A DNA stretch of 64,000 nucleotides, taken from Cyanophora paradoxa CCMP329. Taxonomy: Eukaryota; Plantae; Glaucophyta. Every line of letters starts with the position of its first letter. Position 1 is the stretch's first letter. Of the stretch, positions 1-12,093 are shown piece after piece. Below the pieces are notes generated by a model. That model was not told where the DNA came from and searched no databases. It saw only the letters and a list, made by a program, of their open reading frames with translations. The DNA is taken from contig QPMI01000610.1 in assembly GCA_004431415.1 (NCBI GenBank), positions 248,001-312,000 on the forward strand, given 5' to 3'. Both the position numbers and the translations under genes were made by a program.

Positions 1-703
1 CCACGGACATGGCGCGTGTACCCCCCTCTCTTGGCCTCGCCGCAGCCGCTCACGCCCGGTGCAGGCGCAGCACTTCGAGATCCTGGGCAACTTCAGGAAG
101 CGGGCCGCGGCGGGGGCGCTGGGGCCCCCCGAGGGCCCCGCCTCCTTCTCCGCGCGGGGCGGCCCCTCGCCCTCCCCCCGGGCGCAGGCGAGCCCGGGGC
201 CGGCCTCGCGGGACCGGGACCGGGAGCGGGAGGGGCCGGGCGGGCAGGGCCTCTCGGCGGAGGACCGGCGGCTGGTGCTGGCGGTGGCGATGAAGGGGAG
301 CGACATCGGGCACGCCTTCAAGCCCCTCGCCGCGCACGTCGCCTGGAGCGAGGCCGTCGCCTCCGAGTTCTACGCCCAGGGCGACCGCGAGCGCCTCCTC
401 GGCCTCCCCGTCTCCCCCTTCAGTGCGCCCGCCCGAGCCGCCGACCGTCGGGCACCCGAACGAGAGCGCTAACCCGAGGGCGGCGCAGTGGACCGGGAGA
501 AGGCGAACATGGCGCAGTCGCAGCTCGGCTTCCTGGACTTCGTCGTGCTGCCCCTCCTCAACGCCCTCGCCGCCTCCTTCCCCCGCCTCGGCGAGACCGT
601 CCTCGCCGGCGCCCGCGACAATTACGCCCACTGGAAGGCCCTCGCCGACCGCGCCGCCGCCCCCACCCAGGCCGCCGCCCCCGCACCCGCCGGCGCCCCC
701 TGA
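1..703 (+). CDS. Class I cyclic nucleotide phosphodiesterase, C-terminal part of catalytic domain (5' end outside window)
   Basis: Spliced translation (A)TDM|AQHFEILGNF...LAVAMKGSDIGHAFKP...WSEAVASEFYAQGDRERLLGLPVSPF|MDREKANMAQSQLGFLDFVVLP...NYAHW matches PDEase motifs. Introns 12-64 (GC-AG) and 423-488 (GT-AG); TGA at 701-703. Confidence 0.93.
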
Positions 704-1617
704 GCGTTGAGATAGATGTAACTGCATCCTTCCGATCCATTTCTTTCGCTTTTCGCTTGCAATTGCGATTTATTGATCCCTTTACCCCGTCTATATCCAT
801 TCCGCAATTTTTGTAGACGTGCAAATACGCTCACCAGTGCAGTATCGCTACTAGTACTTTCATTTCGGTTCACGCGTGGCCTGCACCCTTTGATCATGAT
901 CATGATCATGATCATGAATGGTAGTTCTGTCAAGCGGCTACGTCAAGCTTACGAAGACAAGGTCGCTTGAGAAGTCAAGCTTACGCATACGAGCCATTGC
1001 ATGATCGCCTAGTCGCGACTCGCGAAATCGAGCTTTTCGAATAAGCCTTAAAGCCTTGCAGCCTGGCAGCCCGCCCCGGGCCGGGGGGCATGCATATACA
1101 GAACGCATGCTCAAGGGGGCCGGGCCCGCCCCATGCCGCAGTGTGGGCCCCCGATTTAAAACCGGGAATTCGAACGGTGCCTATAGCTAACAGAGGCTCA
1201 GCTGCAGCGGCTAGCGCTAGCAGCAGCGCTAGCTGCTCAGCGGCTGCAACAGGAAGTCGAAAACCTAGGCCCTGCAGCTGCATGCGCAGGCTGCCGCAGT
1301 GCAGTGGGCAACAGCAATTGAATTCTTTTCGAATTATGATTCCGAGAATACGTTATACAGACTATAGCTAGCTATAGCTATATAGCCGGTCCGCTAACCT
1401 CCGTGACTTAACTGTGCTTAATTTAGAGAGCGATCAAGACAAAGCTACGAACGGACAAGGCTAAAACAAAGCCACGGGAGGGGCCGGATGATGAAGAGCG
1501 GGCGGAAACAGCGATGGCGCCGGTCGCGCACTACCTAGGCGCGGCCGCTCAGCGTGCAGGCGAACTAGTGCCACGAAGATACGAATGAGGACGGGCCGGC
1601 GGGCCCGGGCGGGCGGG

Positions 1618-2553
1618 CTAGAAGCTCTCGATCTTGGAGATGACGCGGCCGTTGCGGATGACCTTCTCGTGGGCGAGGGCGGCTCCGCCGGCGCCGGCGC
1701 CGGTGCCCTCGGGGAACTGGAGGCGGTAGTGGCTCTGGACGTCCCCGGGCGAGCGCTGCCAGCTGCCCAGCGAGATCGAGTGGTTCTCGTTCCGGTACTT
1801 CACGCGCTGGAAGGCGCAGAGCGGCCGCTCGAGGTACGCGTCTCGCGGAGAGGCGAAGGGGTCCCGCGCCGAGAGCGCCGGGCCCGCCTCCTCCTGCGCC
1901 CCCGCGCTCCGCGACGCCAGCGCTGCCTGCGCCGCGAGGAGGCTCGAGCTCGGCGCGAGCGTTACGCGGCCCGGCGGCCGCGCAGCTGCAGGCGAACGCA
2001 GGCCCTGCGCACCGGCGGAGGAAGCTTGGACAGAGCCAGCCTGACGCGAGGGGCCTGCGCGCCATCGCTCATGATCAGCAGGAGCGGAGAGGCGGGCTTC
2101 ATCGGCGCGGTCGCGCGCGCCATGGCTTCGAGGACCGGGACCTCGTTCGGATCGCGCAGCGGTGTCGGCTCCGGTTCATCCAACGCGACCTCGTGCTTCG
2201 GCGGCCGCGCGGGCTCAGCGGTGTGGCTGGAGGGGAAAACCTAGCCGGAGAGCGGTGTGGCTGGATCAGCCTCGGCCGCGGCCGCGGAACGGCGCGAGCC
2301 AAGCCTCGGCGAGCCTTGCTATAGCTAGCTCTAAAACAAAGCCTGCGGCGCTTACATGAAACTGCGTGACCTCCGCCCCTCTTAGCATTTTCGCGCGGTG
2401 CCGTCTATCTGTCAGTAGCACGTCCTCCGCGTTCGTCCTCCGCAGCTCCGCCTTAGTCATCACGGCCCTCGAAAACGCCAGCTCCGCATTCGGAGAGGGT
2501 CCGGGAAGCAGCCGGGGCGCGGCGCCGGCCTGCGGCCCAGGCTGCGGCGACAT
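1618..2553 (-). CDS. Hypothetical multi-exon protein
   Basis: Collinear minus-strand ORF pieces with protein-like composition (MSPQPGP...KAELRRTNAEDVLL; DEPEPTPLRDPNEVPVLEAM; KYRNENHSISLGSWQR...KVIRNGRVISKIESF*). No family recognised. Confidence 0.55.
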
Positions 2554-2634
2554 TTGGCCAGAGGGTGTACCCTTGTCAAGAATAGTATTCTGCCTCCAGC
2601 GGCCTCCAGCGGCTTCAGGGTTTCTTAGCGAGCC

Positions 2635-5600
2635 ATGCTTGATGGCGGGACCGCTGCTGGAGGCGCCAAGAGCGCCTGCCCCAAGTTTTTGCCGACGAGC
2701 TCAAGCGTCGCTTTCCTGAAGTCAGTAACGCCGGAGGAGTTCAACGTACCGGTTCGGCAGGAGGTCCGCTCGCCGTGGACCTCGCCGGATCCCGAAGTGG
2801 CACTGTGCATGGGCGTTGAAGCTCCGCGCAGGAGTGGAAGGAAGCAACGTACGTAGATAAGCTGGATGAACCGCTCAACAAGATCCGCATCGCTTTGGAG
2901 TCCGGCGGCCAGGTGCGGCGCGTCGCCTGCTGAAGCCTTGCGGAGCCTGGCGCGACGCGGCGCGGCCTGCAGGTCGATGCGGGGGCGCTGCTTCCCCTGC
3001 TGGACCAGGTCCGCAGCGAGCACATAGAGGCCGTCCGCAGGTGCTCGCGCCCGCGCCGCCGCATGCGCAGCGCGGCGGCGGCGGGGGCTCAGTCCCCCGG
3101 CCGCAGCGCGCGAGTGGCGCGGCCGGCGGCGGCGGCGGCGACGGAGGAGGAGGAAGCGCGGCCGGCGGGGCAGAGCGGGCGGCAGAGCGGGCAGACGTCG
3201 CGGCGGGGGTCGACGGAGTCGGAGCGGAACGGGCGGGCGGTGGAGGCGACCGTGCAGGCCGCCATGGAGCTCGCCGCCGCCGCCGCCGCCATCGAGCACG
3301 GCCGCCCCGGCGACGCCCCCCGCGTCCGCGCCCAGGTCGAGGGCGCCGTCCGGTGCGCGTTCCGCTCCGCTCCGGCCGGCAGCGGGGCGCGGCTCGGGCC
3401 GAGGCGCGGGGGCGGCGCAGGGCGCTGCTGACGGAGGTGGAGAGCCTGCGGCGCGCCCTCGCGGACGCCGAGCAGCGCGCCGCGCAGGCCGCAGCGCCCC
3501 CTGAGGTGCCCCGCCCCAACACCCCTCCCCGCCTGACCTGACCCGAGCGAAGGCACCCGCTGCGGCGCCGGAGGCGGCGGAGGCGGCGGCGGCGGCAGCG
3601 CGGCCGGCCTCTTCGGGGTCGCTCAGGCGGCGGGGCGCCCCGGCGGCGGCGGCGCCGCCGGAGGAGGAGGCGCACGCGCGGCGGATGCGGGCGGCGCTGG
3701 AGGCGGCGGTGGCGGGCGACGACTTCGACTTCGAGGCGGTGGAGGCGGAGGCCGTGCGCTGGGAGCTCGAGTCCGCCCGCCGCGCCGCCGCCGTCGTCGT
3801 CCCCCACTCCGCCTCCGCCGGCCGCCGCCGCCCGATGTCGAGCCCCGGCCACAAGCTCGCCTCCTCCGGCTCCTCCGGCAGCCTCGGGCGGGCGCCCGGC
3901 GAGGCCGGCGGCGTCGGTCCCGCCGCGGCGCCCCTCGACCCGCGCTCGCTGGAGGCCGAGGAGATGCGGGTCCGCCCTTCCGCCGGCCCGCCCTGCCGCT
4001 GGGATCGGGGCCGACGCCGGGCGGCAGCTGCAGGTGCGGCGCGTTGCCATGGTCGCCGAACTGCGGGCCCGCCAGGCCCGCGCCGAGGCCGACGGTGCGC
4101 CAGCGGCCCCCGCTTGGCTTGGCCCCTTGCCCGCGGCTCCCGCTGAGGGGCGGCGGCAGCGCGGCGGAGGCGGCGGAGCGGCGGGCGGCGGCGGAGGTGC
4201 GGCCGCTGCGGGCGCGCTGCGCGGAGCTGGAGGCGACCGTGACCGCCCTCCGCGCCGAGCACGCCCTCCACCTCGAGACCCTCAGGCGCCCCCGCCCCGC
4301 CCCGCCCCGCCCCGCCCGGCCTCGACGGGCGCCGGCGCGGCTCCTGACCGCCTCGGGGGCGCGCAGGAGCGTGCACGAGGCGGAGGCGGAGCGGGCGCGG
4401 CGGCGGGCGGCGGTGGCAGAGGCGGAGGCGGCGGCCCTCGCCCGCTCCATCCGACAGTCCGCCGAGCGCTCCGACGACCTCGGCACGAAGTACGCCCACC
4501 GTGCGTCCCCCGCACGCCCCTCCCCGCCCCTCTCTGCTGGCGCCCTCCGAGCGGACGCGGCGGCAGTCTCTGCGACGCTGGACGCGGCGCGGGAGCAGTC
4601 GGCGCGGGACGCCGCCGACTACCGCCGCTGGATCGACCACTGGTGCCCCGGGCCCCGCCGGCGCCGCACCGCCGCTCGCCCCTCGCTGAGCCCCCGCAGG
4701 CTCGCGGACGTCACGCCTCCTCCACCGGCGCCGCCCCCGCCCGAGGCCGCCGGGGCGGGGCCCTCGCGGCTCGCGGGGGTGCGGACGGCGGCGGAGGCGG
4801 CGGCGGTCGAAGCCGAGCTGCGGGCCGCGGAGGCGGAGCTGCGGGCGGCGGAGGGCGAGGTCCGAGGCGCCAAGGCCGACCTCGCCGCCTGGCTCGCCGG
4901 TGCGGCCCGAGGCCCGCCCTCGTCGGCCGGCGCCCGCGCCGCGCTGAGGCGGCGTGGGGCGCGGGGCAGACTTCGCGCGGGAGAACGGGGGCGGTACCCG
5001 AACGGGTCGGCGCCGGGGCCCTCGCGGCCCTGGGCGGGGCCGGCTCGAACGCCTCCCCGAGGGGGCGGGGCCCCCGGCGGGCCCCACGCGCAGGCGACGG
5101 CGCTCGAGTCGGTCCTCGCGGCCTGCGCGGCGCTGGAGCGGCGGGAGCGGGCGGCGCGGGGGCCCTCGCGGCGCTGCGCGGGGCCCTCGCTGTGCACGGC
5201 CTCGAGGCGCTGCGCGGGGCGGCGGCGCTCGAGGAGGCGGCCCGCCGCGCCCGCTCCGAGGTCGCCGAGCTCGAGGCGCGGGGGCGCGGCTGCGGGCGGA
5301 GCGCGCCGAGGCGGAGCGGGAGGCGGCGGAGCTGCGGGGCGAGGTCGCCGGCCTCCACGCCGACCTCCAGCGCCTCCGCCACCGCGCCCTCCTCGCCGCC
5401 CGCGCGCCCGCCTCCGCCCCCGCCGCCCGCTCCGGCTCCCCGGCCGCGCCGGCCTCGCCTCCCGCGGCGGGGGCGGCGGCCCCGCGCCCCTGCGGCCCCT
5501 CACCGCCGCGAGCGGCGCCGGCGGCCGCCCGCCAGCGGCTGCGGCGGCAGGCGGCGGGGTGTCGGTGAGCGGCCTGTCGGCCTTCTCGCCGGGCGGGAGC

Positions 5601-5894
5601 AGTGGGGCCTCGTGGGCGGCGCCTGCAGCCGGGGCCCGCGCCCGCTCCCGCCCGTCCTCCTCCGAGGCCGGCCCCGCCTCGGGCCCCGCGCCCCTCCTCG
5701 ATCCCTGGCCCCCGTCCCTGCCCGACGAGTTCAGCCGCGAGCACCCGGCGGCCGCGGCCCCGGCCGCGGCCCCGGCGCCGCTGAGCCCCTTCGAGCGCCG
5801 CCCGCTGCTCCCGCCGCCCTTCCCTTTCGGCGCCGGCGCGGGCCCCCTGGGGCGCCCGCCCAGCACCCCCTCCCTAGTCGCCGCCCGGTTCTGA
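2635..5894 (+). CDS. Ala/Glu/Arg-rich coiled-coil protein, multi-exon, function unknown
   Basis: Successive exons with heptad character (ALLTEVESLRRALADAEQRA; RCAELEATVTALRAEH; VEAELRAAEAELRAAEGEV), Pro-rich tail ending SLVAARF*, TGA at 5892-5894. Confidence 0.6.
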
Positions 5895-5920
5895 TCGTGC
5901 GCGCGCCCGCGGTCCGTGTA

Positions 5921-6161
5921 CTGTAAAACGTGAAATCTCCGGCGGCACTTAATATTCGGCGCTATTCGGCATAGGCTCACGGCGCCGAATATTTGAAACT
6001 GCCAGAATTGTGTAGGTGTATGGCAAAAGAGGGATCAATGTACCCGCCGCCTAGGCGGACTGGCTGTGTTGCCGAAAATATGATGCCGACGAACTACAAT
6101 TTCGGCGCATTTTTCGGGTTTTGCCGAAATAAAGTGACGCTGGATATTGCATGTTTTACAG
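5921..6161. mobile_element. Non-autonomous MITE (241 bp), TA target duplication, Tc1/mariner-superfamily-like
   Basis: Left end CTGTAAAACGTGAAATCTCCGGCGGCACTTAATATTCGGC versus reverse complement of right end CTGTAAAACATGCAATATCCAGCGTCACTTTATTTCGGC; TA at 5919-5920 and 6162-6163; AT-rich relative to flanks; no transposase. Confidence 0.85.
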
Positions 6162-6173
6162 TATACGTATATT

Positions 6174-6207
6174 GCAAGGGGGGGTCAGCTGCTCAAACCC
6201 CCCTTGC
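6174..6207. other. Perfect 10-bp stem hairpin GCAAGGGGGG-(14 nt)-CCCCCCTTGC
   Basis: Directly visible inverted repeat 6174-6183 / 6198-6207; function unknown. Confidence 0.7.
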
Positions 6208-6759
6208 TACCCGTCGGATTGTCTGTCCTTTTGTCCAAGCCGGCCAGTTTGCAAGTCCGTCTTTTTCTCAACGTCGAAAGTCTTTTTGAGGTACCCATAT
6301 GCATGGCCAGCCGCCAGCCGGCCGCGGCCGCATGCGCATGCGCGCGCAAGTCGAGCTCGCGTCGCCTCACGAGCGGCCCTCGCACGTCCTAGCGCTCAGC
6401 GGCTGCAATCTCCCGCCTGCAATCTCCCGGAGTCCGACCTCGAGCTCCCGTCGAACCGGCCGCGACCGTGGCAACGGCCTGAACCGGCCGCGACCATCGC
6501 AGCGCAGCTCCCACTACTAGGCTAGCTCCTATTCGGGCGCGGCGCGACGTCGCGCGCTCCGCGGCATCACAGAGCCGCGCGCCGCGCAATCGATGCCGCA
6601 GCGACGGGCGATGGGCGGTCACAACTGCAAACGGTGCGCGTGCATATGGCCAGGAAACGCTGCGAGGCGGCCCGCTGGTGCTCGCCGGACGCGGGAATGC
6701 GTGAGGGGCGGCTGCGCGGCTCGCTTGATGGGGCGGGGGCGCGCAGCGGGCAGCCGCGT

Positions 6760-7430
6760 GGCTCGCCGGGCGGGGCAGAGCGCGGTGGGCCGCAGGCGGC
6801 TCGCCAAAGGGCGGGGCGCGGGCAGCAGGCGGTGCGGAGGCGCGGCGGGCGACGGCACGGCTTGCGGGACGGGGCGGAGGCGCGGCGGGCGGCGGCGTGG
6901 CTCTCTGGGGGGGCGCAAGCGCGGCGGGCGGCGGCGCGGCTCTCTGGGCGGGGCGCAAGCGCGGCGGGCGGCGGCGCGGCTCGCGGGACGGGGCGGAGGC
7001 GCGGCGGGCGGCGGCGTGGCTCTCTGGCGGGGCGCAAGCGCGGCGGGCGGCGGCGCGGCTTGCCGGCGGGGCGGAGGCGCGGCGGGCGGCGGCGCGGCTC
7101 GCGGGACGGGGCGGAGGCGCGGCGGGCGGAGGCGCGGCTCGCCGGGCGCGGCGCAAGCGCGGCGAGCGACGGCGCGGCTCGCCGGCGGGGCGGAGGCGCG
7201 GCGGGGGCCGGCGCGGCTCGCCGGGCGGGCTTGAGGCGCGGCGGGCCGGGCGGCGTCGGGGCTCGTCGGGCGGGGCGGAGGCGCGGCGGGCGGCGGCGCG
7301 GCTCGCCGGCGGGGGCGGAGGCGCGGCGGGCGGCGGCGCGGCTCGCCGAGCGGTGCGGAGGCGCGGCGGGCGGCGGCGCGGCTCGCGGGATGGGGCGGAG
7401 GCGCGGCGGGCGGCGGCGCGGCTCGCCGCC
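6760..7430. repeat. GC-rich minisatellite, unit about 39-40 bp, roughly 16-17 degenerate copies
   Basis: Unit approximately GGGGCGGAGGCGCGGCGGGCGGCGGCGCGGCTCGCGGGAC with variants (GCGCAAGCGCGG, CTCTCTGG); unit length varies so it is not frame-preserving. Confidence 0.9.
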
Positions 7431-8108
7431 GGGCTGCCCAGCCCTACGCCTAGCGAACGCTCAGCTGCTACCTTCAGATGCTGTCTTTCAGAGTCTGTTA
7501 GTTTAGACCCCACCTTCCAGATCCTGAGACGAGCAGGGGGAGGGGGCGAGTCGAAGACCTAGTACGTACGGCGTGCCACAGTGCGTGTTTGTGTACAGAT
7601 ATAGACTGTTGTAGGCAAAGGCGCGCCAAGTTCTCGCATCACGTCGCCATCATGATTCAGTACTAGTAACTAGTACTAGTACTGCAGCTGAGGGATCCGG
7701 ATCCGGGCCGGAGTGGTCCAGGATTTCAGCTGCGAGCTCGAGCTGTGCTAGCGCTAGCGCTTACGCTGCAGGCCCGCTCCCGTTAGCGCTGCCAGGCTGT
7801 TCGTGCGCAAGCGCAACACTCAATGCGTAGCTTGGCGCGGTATCGGTGCGCGTGCGTGGCGCGCGCGAGCCCCGCGACTCGGCGATCAAATTTCATCATG
7901 CAAGCTAATCTAAGCTGAATTCGAAGCTGCAGCTGAAGTCCTAGGCGTTAACGTTGCATGCGCGATCTGCGCAGCGGCCCTGCCCGGCGACAAAGCGGCC
8001 TGAATTCGAAGCGTCGACGTCGAAGCAGCTCTTCGCGGGGGTACGCAGGTTTTTCGGCTTGCCGAAGTTGAGTGTGAAATTACAGCCGCGACCATCCTTA
8101 GCTTAGCC

Positions 8109-10869
8109 ATGCGCATACCGGCCGCATATTTGCGCGAGGAAGGCGCAAGAGAGGAAGCAGCGATCATCGGTTGCGCAACAGCGATCATCGCTTGGTTGCA
8201 AAATTGCTAGATGACCACGGCCAGCTGCATGCGCATTCGGCGCTGCCTGCGTTGCGCACGCGAGGCGTCTCCAATGGCGAAATGCTCCTTCTGACCAGCT
8301 ATGTGAATCATTGGCGCTGCGATAGCTGGCACAGCGCGGAATCACAGGGCGCTGGGAATTTCGCGCGAGCTAGCGCTCTAAATTAGTTGAACTCTTCGGA
8401 CGCCGGCCGCGGCTGCCGGGCCGTCCGAGCGAGCTCTCTGAAATTCCTTGTGCGCACTGCTCTTCGCTCGCTGGATCAATCGAATGAGTTGATTCTCGCG
8501 CAGGACGTTGGCCAGCACGTGCACCGTACGTGCACTCGCACACCGGCGACGTTTGACGTCAGTGCAGCTGGTCAAGAAATGGGGGGCGCCGCATCGCGCG
8601 CACGAGAGAAGAAGCGGCGGGAGGCGTACGACACGCGACCGGAGGCGGTGCGGCTGCACCGGACGCTCACCTACGCGGCTCGGCTGCAGGCCTTCGTGCG
8701 GGAGCGCATCGACTCCAACGCGTATCCCGACACGAGAGCCGTGCACGCGGAGCTCGCTGCGGCCCAGGAGTCCTCGCGATCGAACTCGTCGGGGGGCGAC
8801 GCGCACGTCAACGGCAGCCGGCGCGGCCGGTCGAACGTGGTCGCGGCCGAGCCGCCGCCGGAGCCGCCGCCGACGGCGGCGGCGGCTTGCGAGGCCTTCC
8901 ACGCCTCCAGCCGCGCCCTCGCCGGCCCCCTGCTCTACTCCGGGGCGGGGCCCCAGGGCGAGTCGACGTCGGGGAAGAGGCGGCGGCACGCGCACAGCGC
9001 GCGGGAGGGTCTGGAGGCGCTCCTGACGGCGCGCCTCTCCCTCCCCGCGCTGGCGGCGCTCGTCAATCACGCCTCCTTCGCGGCGGCCCCGGAGCGCTGG
9101 GCCCCCGCCCTCCTCGGCCTCGCCCTCGGCGAGCTCTCGGACCGCGGGATGGTCCGCCTGCTGCCGCCGCCCCCCTCGGGCGTCCTCCACGGGGACGGTG
9201 GGCAGGCCCCCCCTGCGCCCTGACGTGGACCTCGCCGGCGCGCCCTTGAATCTCTTTGCGCCGTCTTCCTCGCAGGGTCGTGGGGGGACTTCGAGGTGGA
9301 GCTGGTGGAGGGGCGCCTGCCCGAGCCCGGGGACGAGCCCCTCCCGGGCGCCCTCCACGCCCTCGTCGCCTTCGTCAGGCCCGCCCCGGCCCAAAGAAAC
9401 AACTCGGCCCTCCCGCCCCGTCTGAGGGCGGCGCGCAGGGGGCAGGGGGGCGCGGCCGGCTGCTTCGAGGTGTGCCGGGCCTTCCTCGCGCAGCGGGCCC
9501 CGGAGGCCGACCCCGAGCTCGAGGGCGTCAACGCCATCTACTCCAGGGTGCGCCCCGGCAGCGCGCTCGCCGTGGTCGCCGTGGGTGAATGACGCGGGGC
9601 CCCTCTCGATCGCGATCGGTCTCCGCAGCTCACGGGGATCGTCACGAAGGAGCTGACGGACGGCGGCCTGAAGCGCGTCCTCCCGCGCATGCGCAGCGGG
9701 GCCCGCGCCGGCCGCGCCGGCATCGACCTCGAGGCCGCCGCCGCCGCCCGCAGCGCCCTCGCCGACGAGCTCGGTGGCGGTGGCGCCGGCAGCGGCAGCC
9801 GGAGCGGGCGGGGCCGGGGCCGACGCCGCCGCCGCTGGACCTCTCGAAGGCGGCGGCGGTGCGGGAGGCGGAGCTGGCGGCGGCGGAGGGCCACGTGCTG
9901 CTCTCCCCCTCGTGCGCGCTGACGAGCGCCGGGCGGCGGGCGGCGGTGGCGGCGGCGGTGCTGGCGGGGGCCCTCTGGGAGGCCGAGGCCCGCCACCGGG
10001 CCCTCTCCCGCCTCGCCCCCGAGCTCCTCGTGCGTTCCCGCCCCCCGCCATCGGCCCCCGCTTCCTTCACTCCCCCCCCCCCCCCCCCCTTTTCTTTTTC
10101 TTTTCTTTGCAAGCCGCGAGGAGGGGCTGGAATCTTTGCCCCTCGCCCTCCTGCCCGCGCCTCCCGTACTCGTCTGACCCTCGGGCTGCGCGCGCGGCAG
10201 GTTCGGTTCCTGGCGACGCCGCTCTACGACCGCGCGCGGCGGCCGGTGTCGACGTCCCCCGCGGCGGAGCTCGCGTCGACGCCCGAGGGGGCGGCGGCGG
10301 GGGCGGGGAGGACGAGCCTGGAGAGCGCGGGCGGGGCGCACGCGGTCACCCTGGAGCTCGAGTTCGACACGGAGAGCGCCATCCTCATGGGCGCCGCCGT
10401 CCTCCTCGCCGTCCCGCCCCGCCTCCGCCCCCGCTTCTGGGCCCAGCACGAGGAGGCGCGCGGCGGGGGGCCCCTCCCCGGCCTCGGCCGCTTCCGCGCC
10501 CCGGCGGCGGCGGGTGCGGGGGCGGGGCCCCCGCGGGGGCTCAGCCGCGTGCTGGGGCAGAGCGACTCGGAGGAGTTCGAGGCGGAGCTGCAGCTGCTCG
10601 CCGTCGAGCCCATCGACGCCCCCGACGCCCTCGCGTCCGCCCCCGCACCCGCCCTCCGACCCGAGGCGCCCAGCGAGAGGCGGCTGACGGCGCGCGCGCA
10701 GGCGCGTCCTTCTGCTCGCGCAGTCGGCCCAGCCCTGGGGCGAGCACATGTGCGTCCTACCCGCTCCCGCCCTGTTCCGCCGGCAGATCTAGATCCCGCT
10801 CCCGCCCTGCTCCGCCGGCAGATCTACACCGAGATCTCTTCCCGGCCCGTCGACCCCTTATGGTTTTAA
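8109..10869 (+). CDS. Hypothetical multi-exon protein (start uncertain)
   Basis: Protein-like exons: EKKRREAYDTRPEAVRLHRTLTYAARLQAFVRERIDSNAYPD; FEVCRAFLAQR...VNAIYSRVRPG; HAVTLELEFDTESAILMG; IYTEISSRPVDPLWF*. No family recognised. Confidence 0.6.
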
Positions 10870-11462
10870 TCGACGCTCTAGAATTCGTGGTCCACATGTA
10901 CAATGACGCGAAATCTCGCGATCTAGCGCAATATCGCATTAACGCGCAATATTCGCGCGATCTCAATTTTCGCGAAGATCTAGGGCCGCAGCATCAGTTG
11001 ATTGTGGCGCGCTTTGCGATCGTGCCGCAGATGGGACAACGAGGCGACGCGGGCCCTCTGCTCCGAGGTCGATGAGCCCCCCCAAGCGGCCCCGGGGCCC
11101 GGCTCGGGGCCCGCCCCGCCCGCGCCCGGGCCCGCCCCCGCCGCCGGCCCCGCGCCCCCGCCTCCGGCTTCGGCTCCAGCGGGCGCCGGGGCCCCCGCCC
11201 AGCCGCAGGGATCCGTGCGGGATGCGCCCACGTCGACGCCCACGTCCACGGCGGTGCATCCGGATGCGGGGCAGGCGAATTCGAATCTGGAGACGCGGGC
11301 CGCCTGCCTGCGCGTGCCCGTCGTTGCCCCGCTGCGGGCGCGCGTTGCTCCCGAGCCCCACACCCCGTCCTCGGCCCGCGCTGCCTAGCTGCAGGAGCTT
11401 TCGCCCCGCATCCGCACCACCGCATTCTTCTTCTCATGCTCATTGATCCTACATTCTCATAG

Positions 11463-11608
11463 TTTATTACTCGCTTACTCGTATAATTGAAAGTTAATAT
11501 AAATCACAGCGGTATACGCGCCGGTAATTATAACTTTCAATCTTGTACTACGGTAATTGTCTGTAAATGCTTCCCCTTTGGTACCTTTCAATTCTATAGC
11601 GTAATAAA
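11463..11608. repeat. AT-rich island with degenerate inverted repeats (possible decayed MITE)
   Basis: TTTATTACTCGCT...TATAATTGAAAGTTA (11463-11496) resembles the reverse complement of TACCTTTCAATTCTATAGCGTAATAAA (11582-11608); another TAACTTTCAAT at 11531. Confidence 0.4.
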
Positions 11609-12093
11609 TTTATAATTATAACGTTCACGATACATATCTATACGTGTACATGTACGCGAACTTATAACCGACTCTGAGCCTCAGGGCCTAAGATCCTCCC
11701 CTCGTGTCTCCGGATCCCGGATCCGCCTGACAGTGATTTAAGCCTGATCGAAACAATTATAAGGCGGGCCTGAGTCCCCTGAGTTTCCCCTCTGAGTCTC
11801 CCCCTGAGTCTCCTCCGGATCCTCTTCTTGCGTCCTCAGAGTCCTGCCCCTGAGTCTCCGAGGCCCCTCCTCTTCTTGCGTCCATTCCCTCCGAAGGCTC
11901 CGATCGCGAGCTCCGAAGCTCGAGGCTCGTCCGACGGTCTTGCATGATCATCATGAGTCACTTTGTCCCCTCGTGCAAGTGGACATCGCGACACAGCGCT
12001 GTTGGTGTCGGTACCAGTGCAGTGCTTCAAAAGCCAACCGGGCCCCTTCTCCCTGCCAGCCATCGCGCGAGCTTAAGGTTCAACGATTTCTTT

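Noticed and set aside
2625-5744. 1039-aa minus-strand ORF and similar long Arg/Pro/Gly/Ala ORFs (e.g. 24238-26569, 36743-38656)
   Set aside because: Shadow frames expected at very high GC, antisense to or out of frame with better-supported spliced genes, and without motifs.
6760-7430. CRISPR array or repetitive protein ORFs
   Set aside because: Units are contiguous with no unique spacers, no cas genes are present, the context is eukaryotic, and unit length is not a constant multiple of three.
7520-7565. Helitron 3' end (CTAG followed by T)
   Set aside because: No convincing GC hairpin upstream of the CTAG, and CTAG is very common in these intergenic regions.
11002-11388. Pro/Ala-rich ORF as a gene
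   Set aside because: No motif, no clear start or exon partners; may be a gene remnant but cannot be supported.
11770-11885. CTGAGTC(C/T)CC short repeats as a regulatory array
   Set aside because: Irregular spacing and degeneracy; most simply low-complexity slippage.
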